Source of the DNA: Candidatus Helarchaeota archaeon
GTDB lineage: Archaea; Asgardarchaeota; Lokiarchaeia; Helarchaeales; RDOG01
Direction of reading: 5' to 3'
Assembly (NCBI GenBank): GCA_029838215.1
Contig: JALGVI010000014.1
Span: forward strand, 1-46,688
DNA: 46,688 bases
The notes below the pieces were generated by a model. It was not told the DNA's origin, did not search any database, and saw only the letters and a program-made list of their open reading frames with translations. The translations under genes were made by a program, and so were the position numbers. This document shows, piece by piece, positions 35,970-45,939 of the stretch (the first letter of the stretch is position 1; the number at the start of each line of letters is the position of its first letter).

Positions 35970-36080
35970 TCTGCTGAAAACTGCAGAGATGACAGTGTAA
36001 TTGACGCCATTCAGTAATTATTACACTGTAACTTTCCGAAATTTGATGGTAAGCACTTCATCCTTCTGATGTTGCTTCAT
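35970..36080. other. Multi-hairpin structured intergenic element upstream of the OsmC-family gene
   Basis: TCTGC/GCAGA hairpin (35970-35987) and a perfect 10-bp IR ACAGTGTAAT/ATTACACTGT (35992-36029). A third AAGCA..CATC/GATG..TGCTT hairpin lies at ~36051-36077. Confidence 0.4.
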
Positions 36081-36155
36081 TTTAAAATAGAACTTTTTTT
36101 TATTATCGTTTTTTCTCGTTTACTCACCAAAAAATAATGAAAGTAATATTCTGGA

Positions 36156-36656
36156 GTGATAAAAATGGGTTTCATGGAAACTTATGAAGCAATTAAGGCA
36201 GATGCCTCTAAAGGTGAAAAAAATTTCAATGTAGTAGTCGAATCACAACCCGATGGCAGTTTTCTGGCAACGATGGGTGAAAATTTCAAATTTACCTTCG
36301 ATGCACCGCCGGGATTGGGTGGTAAAGATTTGGGACCTTCCCCATTATTAGGAATACTCGCAACTGTCGGAGCGTGCATTGGTGCGGTGACCATGTTCTG
36401 GAGTCAAATACTAAATATTCCCGTGGAGCACGTCAAGGTTTTCTCCCGAGGACATATTAATTTAGCAGGAATCTTCGGAACTGATGATGCCAAATATAAG
36501 GGAATGTACGATAAGGTTGAACCAATTATAGAAATCACGTCTTCCGCATCTAAAGAGGATATCGACAAGCTAATGGATGAAGTTTGGAAGCATTGTCCCA
36601 TCATAAACAATTTTAATTCTGATTCTGGTTTGAAATGGCGAATCAAAATCAAGTAA
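36156..36656 (+). CDS. OsmC/Ohr family protein
   Basis: DAPPGLGGKDLGPSP, GACI and HCPI. Confidence 0.88.
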   Translation: MIKMGFMETYEAIKADASKGEKNFNVVVESQPDGSFLATMGENFKFTFDAPPGLGGKDLGPSPLLGILATVGACIGAVTMFWSQILNIPVEHVKVFSRGHINLAGIFGTDDAKYKGMYDKVEPIIEITSSASKEDIDKLMDEVWKHCPIINNFNSDSGLKWRIKIK

Positions 36657-36669
36657 AATAGAAAAAATT

Positions 36670-37440
36670 CTATTTTTCATTTTTTTTATGCAAAATTTCT
36701 CTTTCTGAATGAATGGCAGATCCTGGCATTACTCCTTTTGGACAGACGATATTACAGGCAAAGATTCTCTCACACGCAGGAACGGCATCTTTTCTTGCAA
36801 TTCGTTCTAAAATGATATCTTTGTGTTCTTTGGTTGACCGGGTGTCAGCAATAAAACGAAAACCTTTAGCAAGGGCTGCTGGACCGAGATAATTTCGTTT
36901 TTTTCCAGATACGGGACACGTCCAGCATAGACCACAGAGGATGCAATAAATCAAGTGCTCAAAAACCTTTACATCTTCAGCAGATTGTCGGCTTTCTTGT
37001 CCTTCATCTCTCCATTGTCGTGTTAAAAATGGCTTGACTTCACGATAAAAATCCCAGAATGGATTCATGTCAACGATCAGATCCTTTATGACATCCATGT
37101 TTGGAAGAGGTTCAATGAGAATTTCGCTTTCTTCATTCCAATCAGGGATGTCTCCAAATACGATTTCAGGAATTCGGGATGGAATTGCCTCGTTCGCAGA
37201 TTGGACTTGAAGGTTGCAAGCCAATCGGGGATATTTATTAATTGTCATGCCGCAAGAGCCGCATATCGCACCTCGGCAAGCATATCTAAAGGACAAGGTC
37301 GAATCAAGATGATCTTGAATGTAAAATAGGGCGTCGAGAATCGTCATCCCGGGTGATAGAGGCACGGCAAATCGTTCATAATGGGGTTCCTTTTCATCTG
37401 CGTCCTTTCGATAGACAAGAAAGACTTTTTCTTTGGACAT
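36670..37440 (-). CDS. sdhB: Succinate dehydrogenase/fumarate reductase Fe-S subunit
   Basis: ACRGAICGSCG, RLAC, CILCGLCWTCP and CNIVCPKG. Confidence 0.93.
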   Translation of the reverse strand: MSKEKVFLVYRKDADEKEPHYERFAVPLSPGMTILDALFYIQDHLDSTLSFRYACRGAICGSCGMTINKYPRLACNLQVQSANEAIPSRIPEIVFGDIPDWNEESEILIEPLPNMDVIKDLIVDMNPFWDFYREVKPFLTRQWRDEGQESRQSAEDVKVFEHLIYCILCGLCWTCPVSGKKRNYLGPAALAKGFRFIADTRSTKEHKDIILERIARKDAVPACERIFACNIVCPKGVMPGSAIHSEREILHKKNEK

Positions 37441-39152
37441 TAATATTTCCTCTCCTTTACGGGGAAAAATCCCAATTTTACGGGTTTTGTTTGCATTTGG
37501 AGACCATCTCTCGTTCGTGATACTAATGAATGAACTAAATAATCGTCATCATTTCGGTTGGGAAAATCTATTCGAAAATGGGCTCCGCGACTTTCTTTTC
37601 GCCACCGTGCCGCAAATGCCGTAACTTCCGTAATCTCAATCATGTTACGGAGTTCTAATGCCCTTATTAACCCAAAATTAAATTTTCTCGAATCCGTAGA
37701 GACTCTGACATCTTCGAAATTCTTACGTAGCTTGTTGAGAGCTGCCACGGCGAATTTTAATTTACTTTCTTCTCTAAAAACGCCAACATGCTCATCCATT
37801 ATGGATTTCATTTCCTGCCTGATTATAACGGGTTTTTCTCCAGTGCTTGAATTCCATTTCTTGAACAGGTTTTCTGTTGCGTTTACCACCCGATCTTCTG
37901 CTTGCTTGACTTTATCCGAAGCAGTTATTTGTCTTAATCCTTGTTTCAGAAGGGTTCTTCCCACGAGTCGACCAAAGACGATAGTCTCTAGAAGAGAATT
38001 TCCACCGAGCCTGTTTGCACCATGTACCGAGATGCAGGAGGTTTCGCCAATTGCCCACAATCCCTTGAAAGGTGTTTCCCCCAATTCACCACCATATTTT
38101 GAGGCGATGCCTCCCATGCTATAGTGTTGTGCAGGTTGAACGGGAATCGGTTGCTCAATGGGATCTATCCTCGCAAAATTAATGGCAATCTCCCGAATAC
38201 CAGGAAGTCGTTCTTTGATTTTTTCGGTGCCTAAATGGGTCAGATCAAGATGAACATAATTGTTTTCAAACCCACGGCCTTCTAAAATCTCCGTTTCGAT
38301 GGCACGAGCAACAATGTCGCGGGGTGCGAGTTCCGCGGACTTTGGAGCGACCTTTTTCATGAATCGTTCGTTTTTATTATTATATAAATGGCCGCCTTCT
38401 CCCCTAGCGCCTTCCGTGATGAGTATGTTCGTGCCATATAAAGTGGTTGGATGGAATTGAACGAATTCACAGTCTTGCATGGGCACGCCCGCCCGGAATG
38501 CTGCACCCAGACCATCTCCAGTATTGATGAGTGCATTTGTTGACCGTTTAAAAATCCGTCCGAAACCGCCGGTCGCAAGGATTATCGTTCCCGTGCGAAA
38601 TATGACTAATTCCCCTGAGTTCATGTCCAAAGCAATGAGCCCGATGATGGCATCATCTGCCGTTATTAAATCAATAAGGAAGTATTCTTCGAAAAAGATC
38701 ACTCCTAAACGCACGCACTGCTCAAAGACAGTATGCAATAAAGCGTGACCAGTTCTATCACCAGCATAGCAGGTTCTAGGAAAGCCAGCCCCTCCAAATG
38801 GTCTCTGTGCTATGAGACCACTTTCCAATCGTGAAAATGGAACACCCATACTTTCTAATTCAATTACGATTTTAGGTGCTTCTTCACATAGTATCATGAC
38901 TGCGTCTTGATCTGCTAAATAATCCGAGCCATAGATCGTGTCGTAGGCATGTCGTTTAACAGAATCTTCTTTTCCTGCTTCAGTATTTCCCAAAGAAGCG
39001 TTTATTCCACCTTGTGCAGCCCCAGAGTGGCTTCGCACGGCAAAAACTTTTGAAATAATTGCAACGGAATGCTCATTACACAGTTCTAAAGCTGCACGGA
39101 GACCACTAAGGCCACCGCCAACAATAACAGCATCAAATTCTTCAATTTTCAG
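37440..39152 (-). CDS. sdhA: Succinate dehydrogenase/fumarate reductase flavoprotein subunit (570 aa, extended to CTG 39152)
   Basis: The in-frame N-terminal FAD motif VIVGGGLSG lies upstream of the ORF-track start. Also RSHSGAAQGG, QFHPT, HYSMGG and HGANRLGGNSL. Confidence 0.93.
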   Translation of the reverse strand: MKIEEFDAVIVGGGLSGLRAALELCNEHSVAIISKVFAVRSHSGAAQGGINASLGNTEAGKEDSVKRHAYDTIYGSDYLADQDAVMILCEEAPKIVIELESMGVPFSRLESGLIAQRPFGGAGFPRTCYAGDRTGHALLHTVFEQCVRLGVIFFEEYFLIDLITADDAIIGLIALDMNSGELVIFRTGTIILATGGFGRIFKRSTNALINTGDGLGAAFRAGVPMQDCEFVQFHPTTLYGTNILITEGARGEGGHLYNNKNERFMKKVAPKSAELAPRDIVARAIETEILEGRGFENNYVHLDLTHLGTEKIKERLPGIREIAINFARIDPIEQPIPVQPAQHYSMGGIASKYGGELGETPFKGLWAIGETSCISVHGANRLGGNSLLETIVFGRLVGRTLLKQGLRQITASDKVKQAEDRVVNATENLFKKWNSSTGEKPVIIRQEMKSIMDEHVGVFREESKLKFAVAALNKLRKNFEDVRVSTDSRKFNFGLIRALELRNMIEITEVTAFAARWRKESRGAHFRIDFPNRNDDDYLVHSLVSRTRDGLQMQTKPVKLGFFPVKERKY

Positions 39153-39155
39153 ATA

Positions 39156-41849
39156 TTACGTCTCCATTTCCTTTTTAATCATGTTACGTAAAACAGCATG
39201 TAAGATTCCTCCATTTCGGAAATATTCTATTTCTATCGGAGTGTCCAATCTTGCAATGACATTGAATTTAATCTCCTTTTCACCTTCAATTGCCCGTACT
39301 TCCAACTCTGCTTTTGGCTTGATGTTTTTAACACCAATGATTTCAAAAGTTTCAGTTCCCTTTATACCTAATGTTTCAGCATTCTGTCCTTCTTTAAACT
39401 GTAATGGTAAGACTGCCATTCCAACAAGATTGCTACGATGAATTCGTTCATACGATTCTGCGATTACTGCCTTGACACCTAAAAGATACGTGCCTTTCGC
39501 AGCCCAATCACGGGAACTCCCCGTGCCATATTCTTTTCCTGCGATGATAATGAGGGGAATATCGCTTTCTTTATATTTCATGGCAGCATCGTATATTGGA
39601 ATTTCCAGTCCTGAGGGTAGGTATTTTGTCCAACCGCCTTCTTTTTCAGGAACTAGCTTATTCTTTAACCGGATGTTACCAAACGTACCTCTAATCATTA
39701 CGTCATGATTTCCACGTCGGGAACCAAATGAGTTGAAATCCCTTGGAGCAATTCCTTTTGAAATTAAATATTGTCCTGCGGGTTCATCTACTGGAATGGC
39801 TCCTGCAGGTGAAATGTGATCCGTGGTAATGGAATCACCCAATAATGCCAATACACGCGCACCGTGAAGATCTTTGATTTCAGGGACTTCCAATGGGAAA
39901 TCCTGGAAAAAAGGTGCTTCTTGAATATAAGTAGAATTTGAATCCCAGTCGTATAAGTTTCCTTGAGGGATGGTTAGGTCATTCCAAAGCTTAGTACCTT
40001 CGAAGATTTTGGAATATTGTTCACGAAAAATATCGGGCTTTAGAATTTCTTTGCTGATTCTTTCGATCTCTTCTTTTTTTGGCCAGAAATCTTTTAAATA
40101 AATGGGATCTCCATTCAAATCATATCCCAGGGGTTGTGATATCAGATTAACGTCAACGCTTCCAGCGATGGCAAACGCAACAACTAACAGAGGGGAAGCA
40201 AGGTAATTTGTTTTAACTAAAGGATTAATTCGACCTTCAAAATTCCGATTACCACTAAGAACAGCAGCGACAACAAGATCATTATCCTTGATATTTTTTA
40301 CCACATCTTCTGAAATGGGACCACTATTACCAATGCAAGTCGTACATCCATATCCAACAACATGAAAACCTAATTTTTCCAGATATGGTAGTAAACCGGC
40401 AGCCTTGAGATAATCCGTTACAACACGAGATCCTGGTGCTAAACTTGTTTTAACAAATGGCTTTGCTTTTAGCCCTTTTTCTACCGCTTTTTTTGCTAAT
40501 AGACCGGCACCAATGAGGACAGAAGGATTTGAGGTATTTGTACAGGATGTTATGGCAGCGATAACAATGCTTCCATGTTTAATTTCTTTAAAATCTTGGG
40601 ACATCCCCGTGTTTGTTATCTTCTTTTTAAAGAGATCTTGCAAGTCTTTTTCAAATGTTGTTTTCAATTTATTTAATGGAATGCGGTCTTGTGGTCGTCT
40701 CGGTCCAGCCAAGCAAGGTTCAACAGATCCTAAATCAATTTCCAAGATATCTGTAAACTTCGGCTTGGTGCTTTCAGGAGTAGAGAATAGACCTTGCTCC
40801 AGGGAATAAGCTCGAACTAATTCAATCAAATCGTCCCTACCCGTCAATTTAAGATAATCCAAAGTGATTTCGTCAATTGGAAAATAGACTACGGTAGCAC
40901 CATATTCTGGTGTCATGTTTGAAATCGTTGCACGATCTGGCAGGCTTAACTTGCTTAGAGCTGAACCAGAAAATTCTACAAATTTACCCACAACACCATA
41001 TTGTCGCAATTTTTGCGTGATCGTCAAGACAAGATCTGTAGCAGTAACTTCTGGTTTAAGATCTCCAATTAATTTTACACCAATGACTTCCGGAGCAGGC
41101 ATGTAGTAGGGCTGTCCTAGCATTGTTGCTTCCGCTTCGATTCCTCCAACACCCCAACCTAGAACACCTAATCCGTTAATCATTGTTGTATGCGAGTCAG
41201 TCCCAAGGACAGTATCAGGAAATGCTACCAATTCATTTCCTCTTTTCGTAACTTGGATTACTTTTGCTAAATACTCAAGATTTATTTGATGAATTATGCC
41301 CTTACTTGGTGGAACTACTTGGAAATTATCTAATGCTTGTTGTGCCCATCTCAAAAGAGCATAGCGCTCACGATTGCGCTCATATTCTTTCTTTTCGTTT
41401 AGCATTAATGCTTCAGAAGAGCCGAAATAATCGACTTGAACGGAATGATCGATTATTAATGCCGCAGGAATTACGGGATTTATTCGCGTGGGATCACCGC
41501 CAAGTCGTTGCATGGCTGATCTTAAAGCAGCAAAATCAACAACTGCAGGTACTCCTGTAAAATCCTGCAATACGACACGTGCAGGGATAAAAGGGATTTC
41601 CCGCTCTGGAATTCTCGTTGGTGTCCATTTAGCAAGAACTTCCACGTCTTTCTCAGATATTAATTTTCCATCAACGTTTCTAAGAACCGATTCTAACAAA
41701 ATTTTTATAGAATTAGGAAGATGAGAGATTTTTCCTAAACCCAATTCTTCTAGACGATTTAGTCGATAAATCACGTAATTTTTATCATGGACTTTCAAAA
41801 TGCCTTTTGCATCAAATGCATCCTTTACAACGGTCATTTGCTTCACCAA
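39156..41849 (-). CDS. acnA: Aconitate hydratase A
   Basis: LQDFTGVP, DHSVQVD, AITSCTNTSNP, GYGCTTCIGNSG and GSSRDWAAKG. Confidence 0.97.
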   Translation of the reverse strand: MVKQMTVVKDAFDAKGILKVHDKNYVIYRLNRLEELGLGKISHLPNSIKILLESVLRNVDGKLISEKDVEVLAKWTPTRIPEREIPFIPARVVLQDFTGVPAVVDFAALRSAMQRLGGDPTRINPVIPAALIIDHSVQVDYFGSSEALMLNEKKEYERNRERYALLRWAQQALDNFQVVPPSKGIIHQINLEYLAKVIQVTKRGNELVAFPDTVLGTDSHTTMINGLGVLGWGVGGIEAEATMLGQPYYMPAPEVIGVKLIGDLKPEVTATDLVLTITQKLRQYGVVGKFVEFSGSALSKLSLPDRATISNMTPEYGATVVYFPIDEITLDYLKLTGRDDLIELVRAYSLEQGLFSTPESTKPKFTDILEIDLGSVEPCLAGPRRPQDRIPLNKLKTTFEKDLQDLFKKKITNTGMSQDFKEIKHGSIVIAAITSCTNTSNPSVLIGAGLLAKKAVEKGLKAKPFVKTSLAPGSRVVTDYLKAAGLLPYLEKLGFHVVGYGCTTCIGNSGPISEDVVKNIKDNDLVVAAVLSGNRNFEGRINPLVKTNYLASPLLVVAFAIAGSVDVNLISQPLGYDLNGDPIYLKDFWPKKEEIERISKEILKPDIFREQYSKIFEGTKLWNDLTIPQGNLYDWDSNSTYIQEAPFFQDFPLEVPEIKDLHGARVLALLGDSITTDHISPAGAIPVDEPAGQYLISKGIAPRDFNSFGSRRGNHDVMIRGTFGNIRLKNKLVPEKEGGWTKYLPSGLEIPIYDAAMKYKESDIPLIIIAGKEYGTGSSRDWAAKGTYLLGVKAVIAESYERIHRSNLVGMAVLPLQFKEGQNAETLGIKGTETFEIIGVKNIKPKAELEVRAIEGEKEIKFNVIARLDTPIEIEYFRNGGILHAVLRNMIKKEMET

Positions 41850-41859
41850 TTAAACAAAA

Positions 41860-42984
41860 TCATTTTCTGAGATGGATTTCGTGTTCTCCAATGTATCTTG
41901 CCCGCGGTCGAATTAATCTGTTATCTCCATATTGTTCAATGCAATGAGCAAGCCAACCCGCTATCCTACCGATGGCAAACACGGATGTCGCAAGGAGAGG
42001 TGGAATTTCAAGATACTTATACATGACTCCTGCATAAAAATCGACATTTGGATAGATAGGTTTGTTCTTTTTTTCGACAATTTCTTGAAAAACAGTATTT
42101 TCGATTTTTTGAGCCGTATCATACCACGTCATGTCTTTATTTTCTTTTGCGATTTGAATTGCGAGTTTCTTAAAGATCAATCCACGTGGATCATGTGTTT
42201 TATAAACACGATGACCGAAACCCATTATTCGTTGTTTTTTAGATATCAAATCTAACGTGTATTTCTCGGCTTCATCAGGAGATGGTATTTCGTCAAGCAT
42301 TTCCATTACGGCTAACCGGGCTCCACCGTGTAATCTTCCTTTCAAAGTACCCAATCCCGAAATTATCGCAGAGTAAATGTCAGAGGTTGTCGATGCAGTT
42401 ACTCTCGCCGAGAACGTTGATGCATTTAATTCATGCTCTGCACTGATGATAAAATCAGTTTCCATTATTCGAGCTTCGATATCTTTTGGTCTAAATCCTT
42501 TTAACATGTAAAGGAAATTTGCCCCATGAGATAATGAAGGATCGGGGTGAATGACATCCTCCAATTCGGAGATTCGATGGAATGCCGCAACGATTGTTGG
42601 AAATTTCGCGATCAGTTTTGTTGCCTTGCGTATGTTTGCAGTCATTGAATTGTCATTTAAATCTTGGTCACAATGAGAAAGATATGAGATTATGGTCCTT
42701 AAAGCATCCATGCCTTCAATGTTAAAGTTGCAAATCTTAAGAAGATTTAAAACTTCGTCATCAATATCTCGATTATCATGCATCTGATTGAAGAAATCCT
42801 CGAGTTCATCATTATTAGGTAGATGTCCGAAAATAAGCAGATGTGAAACCTCAAGGAATGTAAGTTTCACCAATTCATTGATGTTGATTCCTCTATATTC
42901 CAATAATCCCCTTTCCCCATCAATGTATGATATTTTGGTTTCCAATGCAATGACTTTCTCCAAACCTTTCTGTACATCCGTCAA
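41860..42984 (-). CDS. gltA: Citrate synthase / 2-methylcitrate synthase (start probably TTG 42984)
   Basis: EHELNAST, LHGGA, MGFGHRVYK and PNVDFY. Confidence 0.93.
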   Translation of the reverse strand: MTDVQKGLEKVIALETKISYIDGERGLLEYRGININELVKLTFLEVSHLLIFGHLPNNDELEDFFNQMHDNRDIDDEVLNLLKICNFNIEGMDALRTIISYLSHCDQDLNDNSMTANIRKATKLIAKFPTIVAAFHRISELEDVIHPDPSLSHGANFLYMLKGFRPKDIEARIMETDFIISAEHELNASTFSARVTASTTSDIYSAIISGLGTLKGRLHGGARLAVMEMLDEIPSPDEAEKYTLDLISKKQRIMGFGHRVYKTHDPRGLIFKKLAIQIAKENKDMTWYDTAQKIENTVFQEIVEKKNKPIYPNVDFYAGVMYKYLEIPPLLATSVFAIGRIAGWLAHCIEQYGDNRLIRPRARYIGEHEIHLRK

Positions 42985-43000
42985 GAAATCATCCTTCTTT

Positions 43001-44059
43001 CTAATAATTATATAGAATATTCCGTGAAATATCATTTAGGGAAGAACATCCAGTCATCTTCATTGCTTTTGCAAGAGTTTTCTGCAGGTATTCCATTAGC
43101 CGCTGAACGCCAGCAATCCCTCCTCCAACTGCGGCCCGTATGACATCTCTTCCGACCAGCACGCCTTTAGCACCCAAGGCGAGCATCTTTAAAACATCGT
43201 AACCAGTCCGGATTCCCCCATCTACAAGAACGACGACCTTTTTCCCAACTTTTACGGCGATTTCTGGAAGCACCTCTGCCGTGCCTGGTGTCGAATCCAA
43301 AACGCGACCGCCATGATTTGAAACTACAATTGCGGCGGCTCCTATATCGGCTGCGATTTCGGCATCCTCAATGCACATGATTCCCTTCAGAATAAACGGA
43401 AGTTTTGTAGAATTGACGAGCTCTTTTAGCTCCTTTTCAGATTTCCTGAATACGGGTTTTCCATGCTTGGGCATTGCGTACGAGCCGCACCCATCTATGT
43501 CGACCCCAACAGCAATGATATTTTGTTCTTCTGTTTTTCTTATAAGCTTGAGAAGCATTTCCTGCTCTCGAGGTTTCCAAATTTTAACACCCCAACCCTT
43601 GGCTTCAGCTATGGCTTCCAAGCAAGGCGTATTATCGTAAGAATAAGTATACGTGTCTCCTCTAAAACCAATCGTGCCTGCTTTCTTGCATCCTAAAACT
43701 ATGGATCTGCAAAGTTCCTTTTCCGTGATTACAGAATCGCCGCCAAAACTGTTCACACCCGAAACACTGGCACCCATGATTGGCATTGAAATCTCATTTC
43801 TTAGAAACGTGGTTTTTGTATCAGGTTCAAAATGTTCTCCAATTAGACGCATTTTTAGTCGTAGTGCCTCTAATGCCGTACAGTTAGCCGTGAAACTAGC
43901 TCCAGAACCGATCCCGCCAATTCCTAAAGGACGCCCATAACTTTGTCCCTGACAAAGTCGAGAAGGATGACCATCACAGATTCTATAAACCCCGCAGACT
44001 CCTTTGAGTTTTACCTTTGCTCTTTCTCGATCCTCTTCAACAGACATGATCCTCACCAA
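43001..44059 (-). CDS. FMN-dependent alpha-hydroxy acid oxidase/dehydrogenase family protein
   Basis: LKGIM, SNHGGR and DGGIRTGYDVLKMLALGA, plus N-terminal CGVYRICDG...C. Confidence 0.9.
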   Translation of the reverse strand: MVRIMSVEEDRERAKVKLKGVCGVYRICDGHPSRLCQGQSYGRPLGIGGIGSGASFTANCTALEALRLKMRLIGEHFEPDTKTTFLRNEISMPIMGASVSGVNSFGGDSVITEKELCRSIVLGCKKAGTIGFRGDTYTYSYDNTPCLEAIAEAKGWGVKIWKPREQEMLLKLIRKTEEQNIIAVGVDIDGCGSYAMPKHGKPVFRKSEKELKELVNSTKLPFILKGIMCIEDAEIAADIGAAAIVVSNHGGRVLDSTPGTAEVLPEIAVKVGKKVVVLVDGGIRTGYDVLKMLALGAKGVLVGRDVIRAAVGGGIAGVQRLMEYLQKTLAKAMKMTGCSSLNDISRNILYNY

Positions 44060-44211
44060 TTTTTCATTAGTTTATACATGACAGGATTAAGATTAATTAA
44101 GTTATTGACGAAAAAATCATCATTATTCGATTTGTACGTGTTTTTTTCGGCTAGATTTATACTGAAATCGTTATAAAATTTTAAAAATGAGATGAATCAT
44201 ACTAAGATTTC

Positions 44212-45939
44212 ATGAGTCTATCTTCTTCTATTGAAAAAAAAGACGACATTTCAATAGTCATTTGTGGAGCAGCAGGGCAAGGAATCCAAACAGTCGAGCA
44301 TTTTTTAACACGCGTGATTAAATCTGCCGGTTTTAATGTATTCGCCATGAAAGAATACATGTCTCGCGTTCGTGGCGGATTAAATTCAACGGAGATTCGT
44401 GTTTCATCAAAATTTGCTACGGCATTTATTGATCGAATTGATATTCTCATTCCTTTGAATAATAAAGCAATAAATCATTTATACAATCGAATTGACGAAA
44501 ATACGATTATAATTGGAGAAAAAGAGAATATTCAAAATTATAAAAATCTACCCACAGATAAGATTTTTGAAATTTCCTTCACTCAAATGGCAATTAAGAT
44601 TGGTGGTAAAGTCTATTCAAACATAATATCTGCAGGGCTTATTTCCGAATTACTCAATGTTGATTTTGAAATTATTAAAGAATACATCACCAGAGCATTC
44701 CAAAAAAAAAATATTAAAGCAATAAAAAAAGGAATGGAAATTGCAAGCACCTTAAAAGGCTCCAGTGGAATAAAAATAACGATACAAAAGGATTCTTCGG
44801 TTTGTAAACACATTCTGCTAGATGGAACTGAAGCCGTGGCAATGGGAGCCATCGCAGGAGGATGCAATTACATATGTGCATATCCAATGTCTCCTTCAAC
44901 GGGTGTCCTTACGTTTTTGGCACAAAATACGACAGATTTTGACATTATAGTTGAGCAAGCAGAAGACGAAATCTCAGCCATTAATTCTTGCATTGGTTCA
45001 TGGTATGCTGGTGGCAGGGGATTGGTTTCTACGTCTGGTGGAGGGCTAGCACTGATGAGCGAAGGTTTAAGTCTCGCAGGAGCGAGCGAATCTCCAGTCG
45101 TAATACATCTTGCCCAAAGAGTGGGACCGGCTACGGGACTACCAACTCGAACGGCTCAAGGGGATCTCAATCTAGCACTTTATTCAGGACATGGTTTTTT
45201 TCCTAAAATAATTCTTGCTCCAGGTAAGTTAGATGATGCTTTCTATCTCACGCAGAAAGCATTTGATCTTGCCGATAAGTTCCAAGTTCCCGTTTTCATC
45301 TTGACGGATCAATATTTTGTTGATTCATTTTATAACGTGCCGCCTTTTGATGTCTCAAAATTGAAGATAACGCATCATTACATCCAGACTGAAAATGATT
45401 ATAAGAGATACAAGTTTACGGAGACAGGAATTTCTCCCAGGGGCATTCCTAAATTTGGTAAAGGTCTTGTTTGTGTTGATGGACACACGCACGATGAAGA
45501 AGGACACATTTCAGAAGATCTTGGTAACATTCGCATCAAAATGGTTGAAAAGAGACTAAAAAAAATGGAATTAATGAAAAAAGAAGCAATCCCAACAGAA
45601 ATCCTTGGGAATGATGGTGCAAAAATTGTCGTGATTGGTTGGGGGTCCACGTTTCAAGCTATAAAAGAAGCACTAGTTCTAATAAATAGCGATGAAATTA
45701 CGTTTTTACACTTCAAACAGGTCTATCCACTTCCAAATAACACGGCAGACTTGCTGAGAATGGGAAGGAAAAGAATAATCTTTGAAAACAACGTCACGTC
45801 TCAATTTGCTCGATTATTAAAGGTGGAAACGGGAATTGAAGTTGAATATCAGATTCGCAAATATAACGGATTGCCTTTCTCTGTGGAAGAGATTCATGCC
45901 AAATTGGTTGAAATAATGGACGATATTGGAGGGATATAG
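44212..45939 (+). CDS. 2-oxoacid:ferredoxin oxidoreductase alpha subunit (gamma-alpha fusion, KorA-like)
   Basis: GAAGQG, YPMSPST, AEDEISA, TSGGG and GPATGLPT. Confidence 0.94.
   Translation: MSLSSSIEKKDDISIVICGAAGQGIQTVEHFLTRVIKSAGFNVFAMKEYMSRVRGGLNSTEIRVSSKFATAFIDRIDILIPLNNKAINHLYNRIDENTIIIGEKENIQNYKNLPTDKIFEISFTQMAIKIGGKVYSNIISAGLISELLNVDFEIIKEYITRAFQKKNIKAIKKGMEIASTLKGSSGIKITIQKDSSVCKHILLDGTEAVAMGAIAGGCNYICAYPMSPSTGVLTFLAQNTTDFDIIVEQAEDEISAINSCIGSWYAGGRGLVSTSGGGLALMSEGLSLAGASESPVVIHLAQRVGPATGLPTRTAQGDLNLALYSGHGFFPKIILAPGKLDDAFYLTQKAFDLADKFQVPVFILTDQYFVDSFYNVPPFDVSKLKITHHYIQTENDYKRYKFTETGISPRGIPKFGKGLVCVDGHTHDEEGHISEDLGNIRIKMVEKRLKKMELMKKEAIPTEILGNDGAKIVVIGWGSTFQAIKEALVLINSDEITFLHFKQVYPLPNNTADLLRMGRKRIIFENNVTSQFARLLKVETGIEVEYQIRKYNGLPFSVEEIHAKLVEIMDDIGGI

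Noticed and set aside
39153-39158. AcnA-SdhA fusion by stop readthrough (same frame)
   Set aside because: The stop is TAA, AcnA ends at its normal length, and an RBS precedes the CTG. Re-initiation is simpler.
1058-45650. Numerous short ORF-track ORFs antisense to or nested in long genes (e.g. 1663-2076, 8027-8389, 17255-17689, 17911-18126, 17984-18166, 37558-38124)
   Set aside because: Shadow frames of well-supported genes, with no motifs or RBS.
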